From contig CBDATS010000005.1 of assembly GCA_965200245.1 (NCBI GenBank), forward strand, positions 384,001 through 448,000: a DNA stretch of 64,000 bases. Reading direction: 5' to 3'. Positions 41,097-50,594 of this stretch are shown piece by piece; position 1 is the first letter of the stretch; each line of letters begins with the position of its first letter. The stretch comes from a bacterium. GTDB taxonomy: Bacteria > UBA8248. The translations under genes were made by a program, and so were the position numbers. Under the pieces are notes generated by a model. That model was not told where the DNA came from and made no database searches. It was given only the letters and a program-made list of their open reading frames with translations.

Positions 41097-41857
41097 CGCG
41101 CGACAGCCTCAGGCTTTTCTACGCGCCGCCGGGAGCGGTTCAGGGCAAACGGGTCATCCTAGGAGCGGAGGAATCCGTGCATGTCCGCCGCGTTCTCAGA
41201 ATGCAACCGGGCGCAATCTGCCGCGTGGCGACAGAAGATGGACAAGAATACAAGGTGGAGCTTGAGGAGATCTCCGATGCGGAGTGTGCCTGCCGAATCA
41301 TCGAGCGCCTGCCGGGCAGGCCGCCCGCCCCCTTGTCCATCGTTCTCGGGCTTCCCCTCATCAAGGGTGAGCACTTCGAGTGGGTACTCCAGAAAGGCCG
41401 TGAACTCGGCGTCGATTCCTTCCATCCCCTGGTGCTTGAGCGCTGCGAGGTCAGAATTGAGGAGAGGCGAATCGCCGAGCGTCACAAACGCTGGCGTCGC
41501 ATCGTCCTGGAAGCCGCCAAACAGTGCGATCGCACACCTCCGCCCGAGGCTCGTGAACCCGGCGGGTTGAAGGGTTTTCTCTCCGAGACCAGAAATTTCG
41601 ACCTGAAGCTGATGGGCTACCTGGGAGAAGGCGCAGTTCCGATGCATGAGGCGTTATCACGCATGAGCGACAAAAAAACCCCGATTCGCGTCGCCATCCT
41701 GACCGGCCCCGAGGGAGACCTTACGAATGAGGAAGTGGAACGGTCAATAGGTGCAGGATTCCTGCCGGTGACATTGGGGCCCAGAGTCCTGCGCGCGGAC
41801 ACCGCGCCCATAGCACTCCTCACCATCGTGCAGCACGTGCTCGGGGATATGAACTGA
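41093..41857 (+). CDS. rsmE: 16S rRNA m3U1498 methyltransferase
   Basis: HVRRVLR, ELGV, EAAKQC, GPEG, LGPRVLRADTA. Confidence 0.93.
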   Translation: MTRDSLRLFYAPPGAVQGKRVILGAEESVHVRRVLRMQPGAICRVATEDGQEYKVELEEISDAECACRIIERLPGRPPAPLSIVLGLPLIKGEHFEWVLQKGRELGVDSFHPLVLERCEVRIEERRIAERHKRWRRIVLEAAKQCDRTPPPEAREPGGLKGFLSETRNFDLKLMGYLGEGAVPMHEALSRMSDKKTPIRVAILTGPEGDLTNEEVERSIGAGFLPVTLGPRVLRADTAPIALLTIVQHVLGDMN

Positions 41858-41872
41858 TGCACACGGAATCGT

Positions 41873-41901
41873 TTGACACCCATTTCACTCCACACTAGGT
41901 T
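41873..41901 (+). promoter_or_regulatory. Sigma70-like promoter for purD
   Basis: TTGACA-N17-TAGGTT, 33 nt before the ATG. Confidence 0.55.
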
Positions 41902-41934
41902 GTGGGTACCATCATTTTCTGACGGGAATATCCA

Positions 41935-43215
41935 ATGAAGGTCATCATTGTCGGCGGGGGCGGGCGCGAGCACGCTCTGGCCTGGAAACTCAGCCAAAGC
42001 CCCGACGTGGAAACGATAGTCTGCGCGCCCGGAAACGCGGGCACGGCACAGATTGGGCGAAATGCGTCCGTCGGCGCGGAAGACATCCAGGGCCTCGTCA
42101 CGCTGGCGAGAAAGGAAAACCCGGGTCTTGTCGTCGTCGGTCCTGAAGCCCCCCTGGCCTTGGGGCTGGTCGACGAACTCGAATCGATCGGTATCCCCGC
42201 GTTCGGCCCAAGCGCCGAGGCCGCCCGCATCGAGGCGAGCAAGGCATTCTCCAAGGCCCTGATGGGTGAGGCGGGAATCCTCACCGCCGCCTACGGCGTT
42301 TTCGAGGATGCGCAAGCGGCGAAGGGTTTCGTCTCGGAACGCGGCGGCGCATGGGCGGTCAAGGCCGACGGCCTGGCAGCGGGCAAGGGAGTGCTCCTCT
42401 GCCCCGACGTGGCGAGCGCTCATGTGGCTATAGCGCAGATCATGGAACAACGGGCTTTCGGCGATGCTGGCAAGAGGTGTGTGGTGGAGGAATTTCTGGA
42501 AGGCGAGGAGGCGAGCTTTCTCGCGTTTGCAGACGGAGAGACGGCGCTCCCCATGGCTTCGGCCCAGGATCACAAGGCCATCGGCGAGGGGGACACCGGT
42601 CCCAACACGGGCGGCATGGGCGCGTATTCACCTGCACCCGTGCTTTCGGGCACACTCGAGGAGAAGGCGCTCGAAACCGTCATCAAGCCCGCCATCCGTG
42701 CCATGGCAAAGCGGGGAACACCTTACCGGGGAGTTCTCTATGCCGGTCTCATGGTACAGGGCGATGAACTGAAAGTCCTGGAATTCAACTGCCGCTTTGG
42801 CGATCCCGAGTGCCAGCCGCTTCTCATCCGCATGAATGGAGATTTGCTGCCCATCCTCATGGCCAGCGTGGAAGGCAACCTGCACGAGACGGCCATACGC
42901 TATTCGAAAGACCCCGCGGTCTGCGTCGTCATGGCGGCGGGCGGATACCCGGATAATTACAGGAAGGGCGACTCGGTCCACGGCATCGAGGACGCCGATG
43001 CCCTGCCCGGCGTTCACATCTTTCACGCCGGAACCGCCCGGAACGATGCGGGCGACATCGTGACAACAGGAGGCCGTGTATTGGGTGTCACCGCACGCGG
43101 GCTTGATATCCGCGCCGCTATCGCGCGCGCTTATGAGGCGTGCGACCTGATCCATTGGGAAGACGCGTATTTCAGAAAAGACATCGGCGCCAAGGCCTTG
43201 AGACGCCTAGTCTGA
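41935..43215 (+). CDS. purD: Phosphoribosylamine--glycine ligase
   Basis: GGGGREHAL, GPEAPL, KADGLAAGKGV, QDHK, GPNTGGMG, RFGDPE. Confidence 0.97.
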   Translation: MKVIIVGGGGREHALAWKLSQSPDVETIVCAPGNAGTAQIGRNASVGAEDIQGLVTLARKENPGLVVVGPEAPLALGLVDELESIGIPAFGPSAEAARIEASKAFSKALMGEAGILTAAYGVFEDAQAAKGFVSERGGAWAVKADGLAAGKGVLLCPDVASAHVAIAQIMEQRAFGDAGKRCVVEEFLEGEEASFLAFADGETALPMASAQDHKAIGEGDTGPNTGGMGAYSPAPVLSGTLEEKALETVIKPAIRAMAKRGTPYRGVLYAGLMVQGDELKVLEFNCRFGDPECQPLLIRMNGDLLPILMASVEGNLHETAIRYSKDPAVCVVMAAGGYPDNYRKGDSVHGIEDADALPGVHIFHAGTARNDAGDIVTTGGRVLGVTARGLDIRAAIARAYEACDLIHWEDAYFRKDIGAKALRRLV

Positions 43216-43985
43216 TTCGTGGTCTTCCCCATACACACCCTCGTCATCCTTACCTTTACAGACGGGGGGCGACCCACCTGTTTCGAAGTCTCATTCACCC
43301 CGAATCCCGATGCAATCACAAACAAGAGTGCACACTTCACCTTGTCGTGACAGACATCCTCTGTCACCAACGTGAAAGCGACTCGATGCTCGGCGTCGCG
43401 TCTCCCGCTGCGCACGGCATTACGGCCAACTACTCCCTGAACGCAGGGAAAAGTGCGGTGCCCGTCACCAAAAACCGTCAGGTCACCCAGCACGGAAATC
43501 AGTGTGACGAGGCCTCCGTTCACCTGGAATACGAGACGATTCCCCAGAAACTCTTGCCAACCTGAAAACGTACCCCGGAATCGAGGACGCGCTGCCGCAC
43601 CGCAATGTCAACTCGTGCCTCGAGTTGATCCCCGAGTGGATGAGTGACGTGATGGTACTGGCGGATTCGGGGACTGTATCCGGCGTGACTGATGTGGCCG
43701 AACGCGAGGTTCAACCGAGAAGCCACGACTCGCTGCAAGAAAACGTCGTGTCTCTGGGGGCTGAAAGTTTTCTGGTTTCACACCAGGCAACCGACCGCAC
43801 CGTTTCAAGTGCGCCCGCTACATGATGGAGAGACTCTGATACGACATAACCTGTGGCCACGCAGCCCGTTCAATCATCAGGCATCACGCTTGAGGCACAG
43901 AATTTTCTCGTCGATTCCCGGGAAAGGGTACGGGAATACATCCCGAGTGACAGGGACACGTTCAAGCGGCCCACTGATTCCGTGA

Positions 43986-45004
43986 CTAACACTCTTGCGC
44001 CGCGCGTTGCTCTAGATAATCTTCCAGCGCAAAAGGCGTGCCTTGCCTCTCGGGTTCGATCAGTTCGACGCCGGGAAAGTGTGACGCCTCCTCGAACCAG
44101 GTCCGTTGCGCAGGCAGGCCCACCCTCCCCCGGCATTAAGTTCCGAGACGTCCCAAGCCACCGGCTCTATCTCCAAATCCAGCATCTGATGCGGCGCATC
44201 GAGGAGTATTTCACCCCGGTGGCCATCCGGGTCACGGATATAGACATACTGGACGTGTCCCATCGTGTACCGACCAGGACCACGTTCCACGGCGTCGCCG
44301 TAACCCATCTGTCCTGCAATGTCACAAGCGCGCATCATGTTCTGAAACGAGCGCGTGACATACGCGAAGTGGTGCATCCGTGGTCCCCTGCCCGTCAGAA
44401 AGACGATATCCCAGGGAATATCTTTGCGATAGGAAAATATTCCCAGCACGTCGCTTGAGCCCGGCGCCGTCATATAGTCACTGATCCGAAACCCGAGCCT
44501 GTTGTAAAGGTCGAAAGCGCTCACGACGTCGGCCGCATGGAGTTGCATGTGATCGAAGCGCAACCCGCAGGCTCCTTTGTGCACGTTGTAATCGGGATCG
44601 GCGCGTTCGATACGATCCATACGGGCGCAAAATTCCAGCGGCGTCCCGTTGGGGTCGGAAACCCGGAGCGTCCGCCCTTGATGGGGAGCATCGACCCAGT
44701 GGGGTGAGAGTTTCTCGGCGATAAAGAACCGATCTGCCTTTTCGAGTTCCTCCTCCGTCAAAACACGGAACCCGATGGTTTCACAAACCGGCTCGGCATC
44801 GGCGCGTTTGAGAATGAGGCTGTGGTGGCACGCCTCCTCAATACCGCGCAGGTAGACAGCCTCGCCGTCTTCCTCGGTGACGACCAGGCCGAATACCTCC
44901 GTATAGAAATCGCGGCTACGCGCGGGGTCACGGCAAGTGATAACGGCGTGGCTGATACGAGTGATGTTGAATGGCGGATAGAACACCGGAGAAGGAATCG
45001 GCAT
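43986..45004 (-). pseudogene. VOC-family extradiol dioxygenase (HpaD/homoprotocatechuate 2,3-dioxygenase-like), frameshift near the C-terminus (~44119)
   Basis: PPFNITRISH, GPRMHHFAY, ERGPGR, YIRDPDGHR.E. Restoring one G gives WGLPAQRTWFEEA...AAQEC* ending at 43986. Confidence 0.8.
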
Positions 45005-45122
45005 ATCTTGCTCCTCTTCATGAGGTTCGCGCGCATCTTTTAGTCGTATCACCAGATGTGACCGGCCGGGCGTGCGCTGCACCTTTCCGGCTGCCAGCGT
45101 TCACTACCCGGCTCCGTAACGG

Positions 45123-45782
45123 TCATCCAGCAACCGGGTTTCCCACGAATTGCGATATCGGGGCGACGACGCGGCCAGCCGATATCGGAATGCACGTCTG
45201 TGCAATTTCCTGTTTGATCTCGATGCCACGATCACGCACTTCATCGATGAACTGCCCAAGATGTCGCATGGCACCGGTAGGAACGTCATGGAGAACCACG
45301 ACAGTCCAGTCCTGAGCGTCACAATGTTCGAGAGCTGTTTTCACCCAATCGTCGGGATGCTCCCAGTCACGCGGGATGCTGTTCCACAATACCATGGAGA
45401 AACCGTCTTCAATCAGGATGTCCCGCGCCCTCGGGCTGAGCAGATGGTCGCCCAGCAAGCCGCCGTCCCCTTTGGGACGAAACATGCGGTGGTTCGTAGC
45501 GAAATCGTCAATCAGGGCCTGGGTCCCGCATATTTCGCGCTCGACGATCTCCTCCGACGGCTGTCGGCCCAAAGGTGTCGAATGCGACCAGGTGTGGTTT
45601 CCGATCCAGTGCCCCGCGGCCGACACGCTCTGGGCAAGCGAACGGCCCTCCGGCATCGCCAGCCTCTCGCCGAGCATGAAGAAAGTGGCCAGAATCTCCC
45701 TGTCCTCCAGCACGCGGAGAACATGCGGGGTAACTTCGGCGAAGGGGCCGTTGTCGAAGGTGGGGGTCAGAGATTTGGTCAT
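45123..45782 (-). CDS. Polysaccharide deacetylase (NodB-like)
   Basis: TFDNGP, ATFF, GNHTWSH, FRP, VVLHD. Confidence 0.85.
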   Translation of the reverse strand: MTKSLTPTFDNGPFAEVTPHVLRVLEDREILATFFMLGERLAMPEGRSLAQSVSAAGHWIGNHTWSHSTPLGRQPSEEIVEREICGTQALIDDFATNHRMFRPKGDGGLLGDHLLSPRARDILIEDGFSMVLWNSIPRDWEHPDDWVKTALEHCDAQDWTVVVLHDVPTGAMRHLGQFIDEVRDRGIEIKQEIAQTCIPISAGRVVAPISQFVGNPVAG

Positions 45783-45785
45783 GGC

Positions 45786-46331
45786 TCAGAACGGCGCCGA
45801 AACACCGGAGGGGAGGTCGTGCTCAGCCGCGTTGAGAAGTGCCGCGCCGTTGATGCAATGCCCGATGAGGCCCGAAATCTCGACAACGCCGGGAAGGCCA
45901 AATTCCGTTCGCACCGCATTGAACTGTGCGTCGGACACTCGGCGCTCCCTGAGCAGGGCGATCACATAGCCGTACACCGCCGCTTCGGCTACATCGTCGA
46001 AACGCGGGGGGCGGTCGGTGCGGATGGCCTCGATGACTTCGCTGCCCAGTCCGTTCTTTCGCGCAATCGGCACGTGCACGAACCATTCATGATGACAGCG
46101 CCAGTCGCGGGCGACGATCAGGATAACCAACTTTCGGACGTTTCCAGGAAGCGTCCCCTAGAAGCGCAGGTATTCGCCGAGTTCCTGGGCGCGAGCCGCA
46201 AAATCGGGCTGGTGAAGCCACAATGCCATGAGCCCGCCGGCATGGCCGCGCCTGCCCGCAATCATCCGATCCGCCACTTCACGCTGGCGGGCGGTCATCT
46301 CATTCTCATCGACACCGTAAAAGCGAGCCAC
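45786..46331 (-). pseudogene. Carboxymuconolactone decarboxylase/AhpD-like protein with an in-frame TAG at 46158-46160
   Basis: AQELGEYLRF*GTLPGNVRKLVILIVARDW..HEWFVH; the two ORFs are co-frame. Confidence 0.85.
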
Positions 46332-46435
46332 AGGCCACTCTCCGAAAAACCGGAAACAGATCAACAGCGATACCTCTTGCTCGAGGTAAAGGCTCCATGT
46401 ACCCAGTGGAAATTGGTCGCGCGGCTCACGCCACC

Positions 46436-46822
46436 TCAGGGATTTCGCTTGAGCCAGGGGAATTTTTCATCTATACCCGGCCAAATCTCGCGGATGGAGA
46501 AAAAACATATCGCTATCCAGATGGCTAACCCCAAGTCGAAACCCTCGAGTACCCGCACCATCCAGATAAAATCGAAGACGCCCAGTACCAACACAGAGAG
46601 ATAGCAGCACCACGCGAACCCCCACCGGGTCGCCAGCCCGAACACGCACAACGCCGCCCCCGCCCCCAGCGTGGCCCAGCCGTAGCCCACTCTGCCCGGC
46701 TGATTCATATACATGGCGGAAACGGTGAAGACGACGAGTAACGTGCCGACAAGCAAGGTTGTCCTGGCCGCACGCAGCGCGCTGAACACTCTTTCTTCTC
46801 CTGCGGGGGGTTCATTCATCAC
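46436..46822 (-). CDS. Small multi-TM membrane protein
   Basis: 128-aa hydrophobic ORF with about four TM segments. Confidence 0.6.
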   Translation of the reverse strand: MMNEPPAGEERVFSALRAARTTLLVGTLLVVFTVSAMYMNQPGRVGYGWATLGAGAALCVFGLATRWGFAWCCYLSVLVLGVFDFIWMVRVLEGFDLGLAIWIAICFFSIREIWPGIDEKFPWLKRNP

Positions 46823-46948
46823 TTCTCGCTTTCCGTTTGGACACCACCCTGTGAGGGTACGCCATACGTTCCTCGTTGCCTAGGTACTCTTCCGTGTGGT
46901 GTAATCGCGAGACTGAATTCCCATTCATTTATTTGAGGAGGACGCGCC

Positions 46949-47989
46949 TTGAAGGCAATGGTGCTAAGAGAACCGGGAAAACCCTTTACCGAGGAAGAAT
47001 ATCCGGATCCCGTGCCGGGACCGGGGGAAGCGGTCGCGAAGGTACTGGCCTGCGGAGCAGGGTTGACCATCCACCACGCCCGTATGGGCCGGGTGCCGGG
47101 GGTGAACTATCCCCTCATTATCGGCCATGAGATAACAGCCGTCATCAGTGCCTTGGGCAGTGGCGTGGAGGGTCTCCGGGAGGGGGATGCGGTGACCGCC
47201 CATTTCTACGTCACCTGCGGGCGGTGCAAATGGTGCCTTATCAACCGCGAAACCCTGTGCGAGAACTTTACGGGCTATATCGGCCGCCAGGTGCAGGGTG
47301 CCTATGCGGAATACATCAAGCTGCCCGCACGGAATTTCATCAAGCTGCCCGCCGGACTGGACTACGAGAACAACGCGGCGGAAGTCTCCGTTATCTGCGA
47401 CGCCATAGCCACACCCTACAAGGTGACGAGGCGCGCGCGCATTGCCCCGCTTGAGAACGTGGCCGTCATAGGTGCTGGCGGCGGCGTGGGCATCCACATG
47501 GTGATGATGGCGAAGTGGGCGCGCGCCAGGGTCATCGCTGTGGACGTGGCGGCAAACAAACTCGGCAAATGCCGCGATGTAGGAGCGGATGAGACCTTCG
47601 ACGCGTCACAGGGAGACGTAGCCGGCGCGCTCATGGACTTGACGAACGGCAAGGGCGTGGACGTGGTGATCGATTTCGTCTCCTCCGCCTCCACGATGGA
47701 AGCGGGTGTTCAGTCCCTGGGAACCGGCGGTCGTCTCGTTACGTTGGGTGGCACGGGGCAGCCGTTCCAGGCTGCAGCACGCAATATGGTGCAAAAAGAA
47801 CTCGAACTCATGGGCAGCCGCTACGCGTCAAAACAGGAACTCAAGGACTCGCTCGAACTGGTGGCGCGGGGCGATGTCTGGCCCGTGGTGACGGAAACCT
47901 ATTCGTTCACAGTCGATGAGGTGGAAAAAGTCCACGAACGGCTCGAGGCGGCGGCCGTGACGGGCCGCGCAGTCGTCGTGATGGATTAA
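46949..47989 (+). CDS. Zinc-binding alcohol dehydrogenase (MDR family)
   Basis: GHE, CGRCKWC..C, GAGGGVG; RBS GAGGAGG. Confidence 0.92.
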   Translation: MKAMVLREPGKPFTEEEYPDPVPGPGEAVAKVLACGAGLTIHHARMGRVPGVNYPLIIGHEITAVISALGSGVEGLREGDAVTAHFYVTCGRCKWCLINRETLCENFTGYIGRQVQGAYAEYIKLPARNFIKLPAGLDYENNAAEVSVICDAIATPYKVTRRARIAPLENVAVIGAGGGVGIHMVMMAKWARARVIAVDVAANKLGKCRDVGADETFDASQGDVAGALMDLTNGKGVDVVIDFVSSASTMEAGVQSLGTGGRLVTLGGTGQPFQAAARNMVQKELELMGSRYASKQELKDSLELVARGDVWPVVTETYSFTVDEVEKVHERLEAAAVTGRAVVVMD

Positions 47990-48003
47990 GCAACGACAAC
48001 GGT

Positions 48004-48744
48004 TTAGTTGACGAGTTTCCACTGACCGTCGGGCTGTCTGCAGGCGGTGCCGTATGCGCTTTGCCTCTCGCCGTTGATGACAACCGTCTGCTGAAATTCC
48101 CGGCAGTACTGGTTGAGTTCGTTCTTGAACGCCGGCCTGGGAACAACAACGCCGCACACCCGCCTGTCGGGGTTGTCCCACACGGTGCGCGTACCGGATC
48201 GCTGGTTCTCGAGCGCGTACTGCGTGGCATTCGCGAGCTTGAGCCGTTCGACCTCGTCAAGATCGCGTCCAATCTGCCCGCCGACGATGCTGCCAAGCAG
48301 CACGCCTGCGAAGGTGGCGAGCGCGCGTCCGCTGCCCTTGCCGACATGGTGACCGATGACGCCGCCGCTGATAGCGCCAATCATCGAGCCGAGAACCTCG
48401 TTGTCGCTGCTCGTGTAATAGACCGCGCAATCATCGTCGGAGGGATGATAGACGTAACGTTGGCGTGGGTAGGGTCCATAGACGACGCGGGGGCCAGCCC
48501 AGACCGGATAGCCGTACCACACCGGAGCGACGAAGCTCGGGCCGTACCAGAAGTTATGTCGAATGACGACGCGAGGACGGCGATGTGACCTGTGTTTATG
48601 GCGATGCGACTTGTATTTATGTTGCCTATGTTGCCGATGATATCCGTGACGCCTGTCACCACGACTATCCGCCAACGCAGTATTGGCAAGAAATACGACC
48701 GCCAGCCCACTCAACAGGACGGCGATTCCTAAACGCTTCATCAA
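48004..48744 (-). CDS. Glycine-zipper 2TM / 17-kDa surface-antigen-like protein (RT0821/Lpp0805 type)
   Basis: Signal peptide, His/Arg-rich stretch, Gly zipper, YCREFQQTVVING..YGTACRQPDGQW. Confidence 0.85.
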   Translation of the reverse strand: MMKRLGIAVLLSGLAVVFLANTALADSRGDRRHGYHRQHRQHKYKSHRHKHRSHRRPRVVIRHNFWYGPSFVAPVWYGYPVWAGPRVVYGPYPRQRYVYHPSDDDCAVYYTSSDNEVLGSMIGAISGGVIGHHVGKGSGRALATFAGVLLGSIVGGQIGRDLDEVERLKLANATQYALENQRSGTRTVWDNPDRRVCGVVVPRPAFKNELNQYCREFQQTVVINGERQSAYGTACRQPDGQWKLVN

Positions 48745-48982
48745 GCCACCTCCTTATAGCTTTTTCTATCCGACCGGAAAAGATTCACCCGGCTATCCGT
48801 TTATTATACCTTTCGACGCCGCCAGGTTCCATCTTTTTTACATACCAATATTCCACCGATTGCCCTGCTTTCTTCCAAAGCGGCCCTCACTCCTTCGATT
48901 GCGCTCCATTACTGGCCCACTTGGTCGGGGATGAGCTTCACAACCCCCATCTCTCTTCCCTGGAGGGGAACCCCTCTGAACT

Positions 48983-49011
48983 TTGAAGATTCTCGCCTCC
49001 GCGTATAGAAT
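48983..49011 (+). promoter_or_regulatory. Sigma70-like promoter
   Basis: TTGAAG-N17-TAGAAT upstream of AGGAGG and ATG 49058. Confidence 0.5.
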
Positions 49012-49057
49012 CGTCCACTTGCGGAATCACACGATAATTCAGGAGGTTTCAGTTCCG

Positions 49058-49513
49058 ATGAGCGAAGGCGTTGCGTTCGAAAAGTGGGAAGTCGGAAGTA
49101 AATTCACCACGCGGGGCAGAACCATTACCGAGACCGACGTGGTAAACTACGTCAACCTCGTGGGCTATACGGAAAGTCTGTTCCTCGACATGGAATTTCT
49201 GCGGGAAAAAGGCCACGACAGGCGCATGGCTCCTGCCCTGTTCACCTGCGGAATCGCGGATACCCTAATCGTCCAGACAGGCGTCTTGCACGATTACGCG
49301 ATAGCGCTCCTGGGCGTGGACGGCCTTGTGGCGCGCAAGCCGGTCTACGTGGACGATACGCTCACGGTGGAAGTCGAGACGACCGACGTGCGGCCTTCCA
49401 GAAGCAGGCCCGATCGCGGTGTCGTCTCCACACACCAGAGGGTACGCAACCAAGACGGCGAGGTCGTGCTCGAGTACGACGTGAAGCGCATGCTGTTAAG
49501 AAGCGACGCCTGA
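49058..49513 (+). CDS. MaoC-family dehydratase
   Basis: RTITETD, PVYVDDTL, SRPDRGVV..NQDGEVV. Confidence 0.85.
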   Translation: MSEGVAFEKWEVGSKFTTRGRTITETDVVNYVNLVGYTESLFLDMEFLREKGHDRRMAPALFTCGIADTLIVQTGVLHDYAIALLGVDGLVARKPVYVDDTLTVEVETTDVRPSRSRPDRGVVSTHQRVRNQDGEVVLEYDVKRMLLRSDA

Positions 49514-49523
49514 TGCGGACATT

Positions 49524-50501
49524 TTACAGTCCGAAGAACTTCCTCGCCGTACCGCTCCATATTTTCTCTGCGTCTTCGGCTGAAAGATCGAGCACGTCCA
49601 TCATGTCGGCGTGGCGCTTCACGGGCACCCAAGGGGCGTCGCTCGCGAACATCATGCGCGATGGGCCCATCTCCTGTAAGGAAAATTCGAGTGCCGTCCG
49701 GGAGTGAACCACCGTATCCGTATAGAAACGCGCGAAGTACTCGCTCGGATCACGCGTGATGAGGTCCTGCTCATCACGGTAGCGCGAACTCAGGTTGTCC
49801 ACCCGCCCGATGAATAGCGGAAGCGAGGCGCCTCCGTGCGGCAGGAGCACCTTGAGGTCGGGGTAGCGTTCCAGCACGCCACCCAGGATGAGCCTGAGCG
49901 CCGCCAGGCACTCATCGAACATGAAACCAATCATCGGTCCCAGCCAGTGATCCTCATACTGCGGACCTGAGGGAGAAGGCCCGGGGTGCAATACAAGCGG
50001 AACGCCGCGCTCGGCCAGTAGCCCCCAGAGTGGCTCGTAGGCCGCGTCGTCGATGTAACGTTCACCGCCGATGTAGGCGAATACCTGAAGACCCACGAAA
50101 TCGAGTTCGTCCACGCAGCGCTCCAGTTCGCGGCAAGATGCGTCCACGTCCCCGAACCCCAGCGAGGCCACACACCGGAGGCGCTCCGGGTGCCGTGTCG
50201 CCGCCTCGGCCAGGCCGTCGTTGCCGATTCTCGCGAGTTCGTCCGCGTCCTTGGTTTTTTTTGCGAGGTCCGGGCCTGGAATGTTGATGCTGATCAGGGC
50301 AATATCAATTTCCTGTTCATCCATCTCGGCGAGCTTGATGTCGATATCCAGCGCAGGAAGCCGCATGGGAAGTTTTTGCGACGGGCTCGCCCACGCCCAC
50401 CAAAAATCCCCAGCCTTCTCGTAACGCGGGAAATCGGTGCGGGCGGCGAGCGCCGTGACGTAGGCTTGTGGTACATAATGGGTCTGAACATCGATGCGCA
50501 T
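49524..50501 (-). CDS. Amidohydrolase_2 family (decarboxylase/hydratase-like)
   Basis: DVQTH, LHP, GGVLERYPDLK..HGG, FASDAP. Confidence 0.88.
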   Translation of the reverse strand: MRIDVQTHYVPQAYVTALAARTDFPRYEKAGDFWWAWASPSQKLPMRLPALDIDIKLAEMDEQEIDIALISINIPGPDLAKKTKDADELARIGNDGLAEAATRHPERLRCVASLGFGDVDASCRELERCVDELDFVGLQVFAYIGGERYIDDAAYEPLWGLLAERGVPLVLHPGPSPSGPQYEDHWLGPMIGFMFDECLAALRLILGGVLERYPDLKVLLPHGGASLPLFIGRVDNLSSRYRDEQDLITRDPSEYFARFYTDTVVHSRTALEFSLQEMGPSRMMFASDAPWVPVKRHADMMDVLDLSAEDAEKIWSGTARKFFGL

Positions 50502-50594
50502 GTAATTCTCCAGATGTATGGTGAAATCCTAGATTGGACACGGAGATTATTCCCCCGAAACGCAGCGGATGCAAATTCAAGTGAGGAGACGATT

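Noticed and set aside
10941-46160. Amber (TAG) recoding or readthrough to explain the repeated in-frame TAGs
   Set aside because: TAG ends many apparently normal genes here (e.g. 3279, 5117, 5222, 11110, 51653), in-frame TAA stops also occur, and the same regions carry frameshifts. Mutational decay is simpler.
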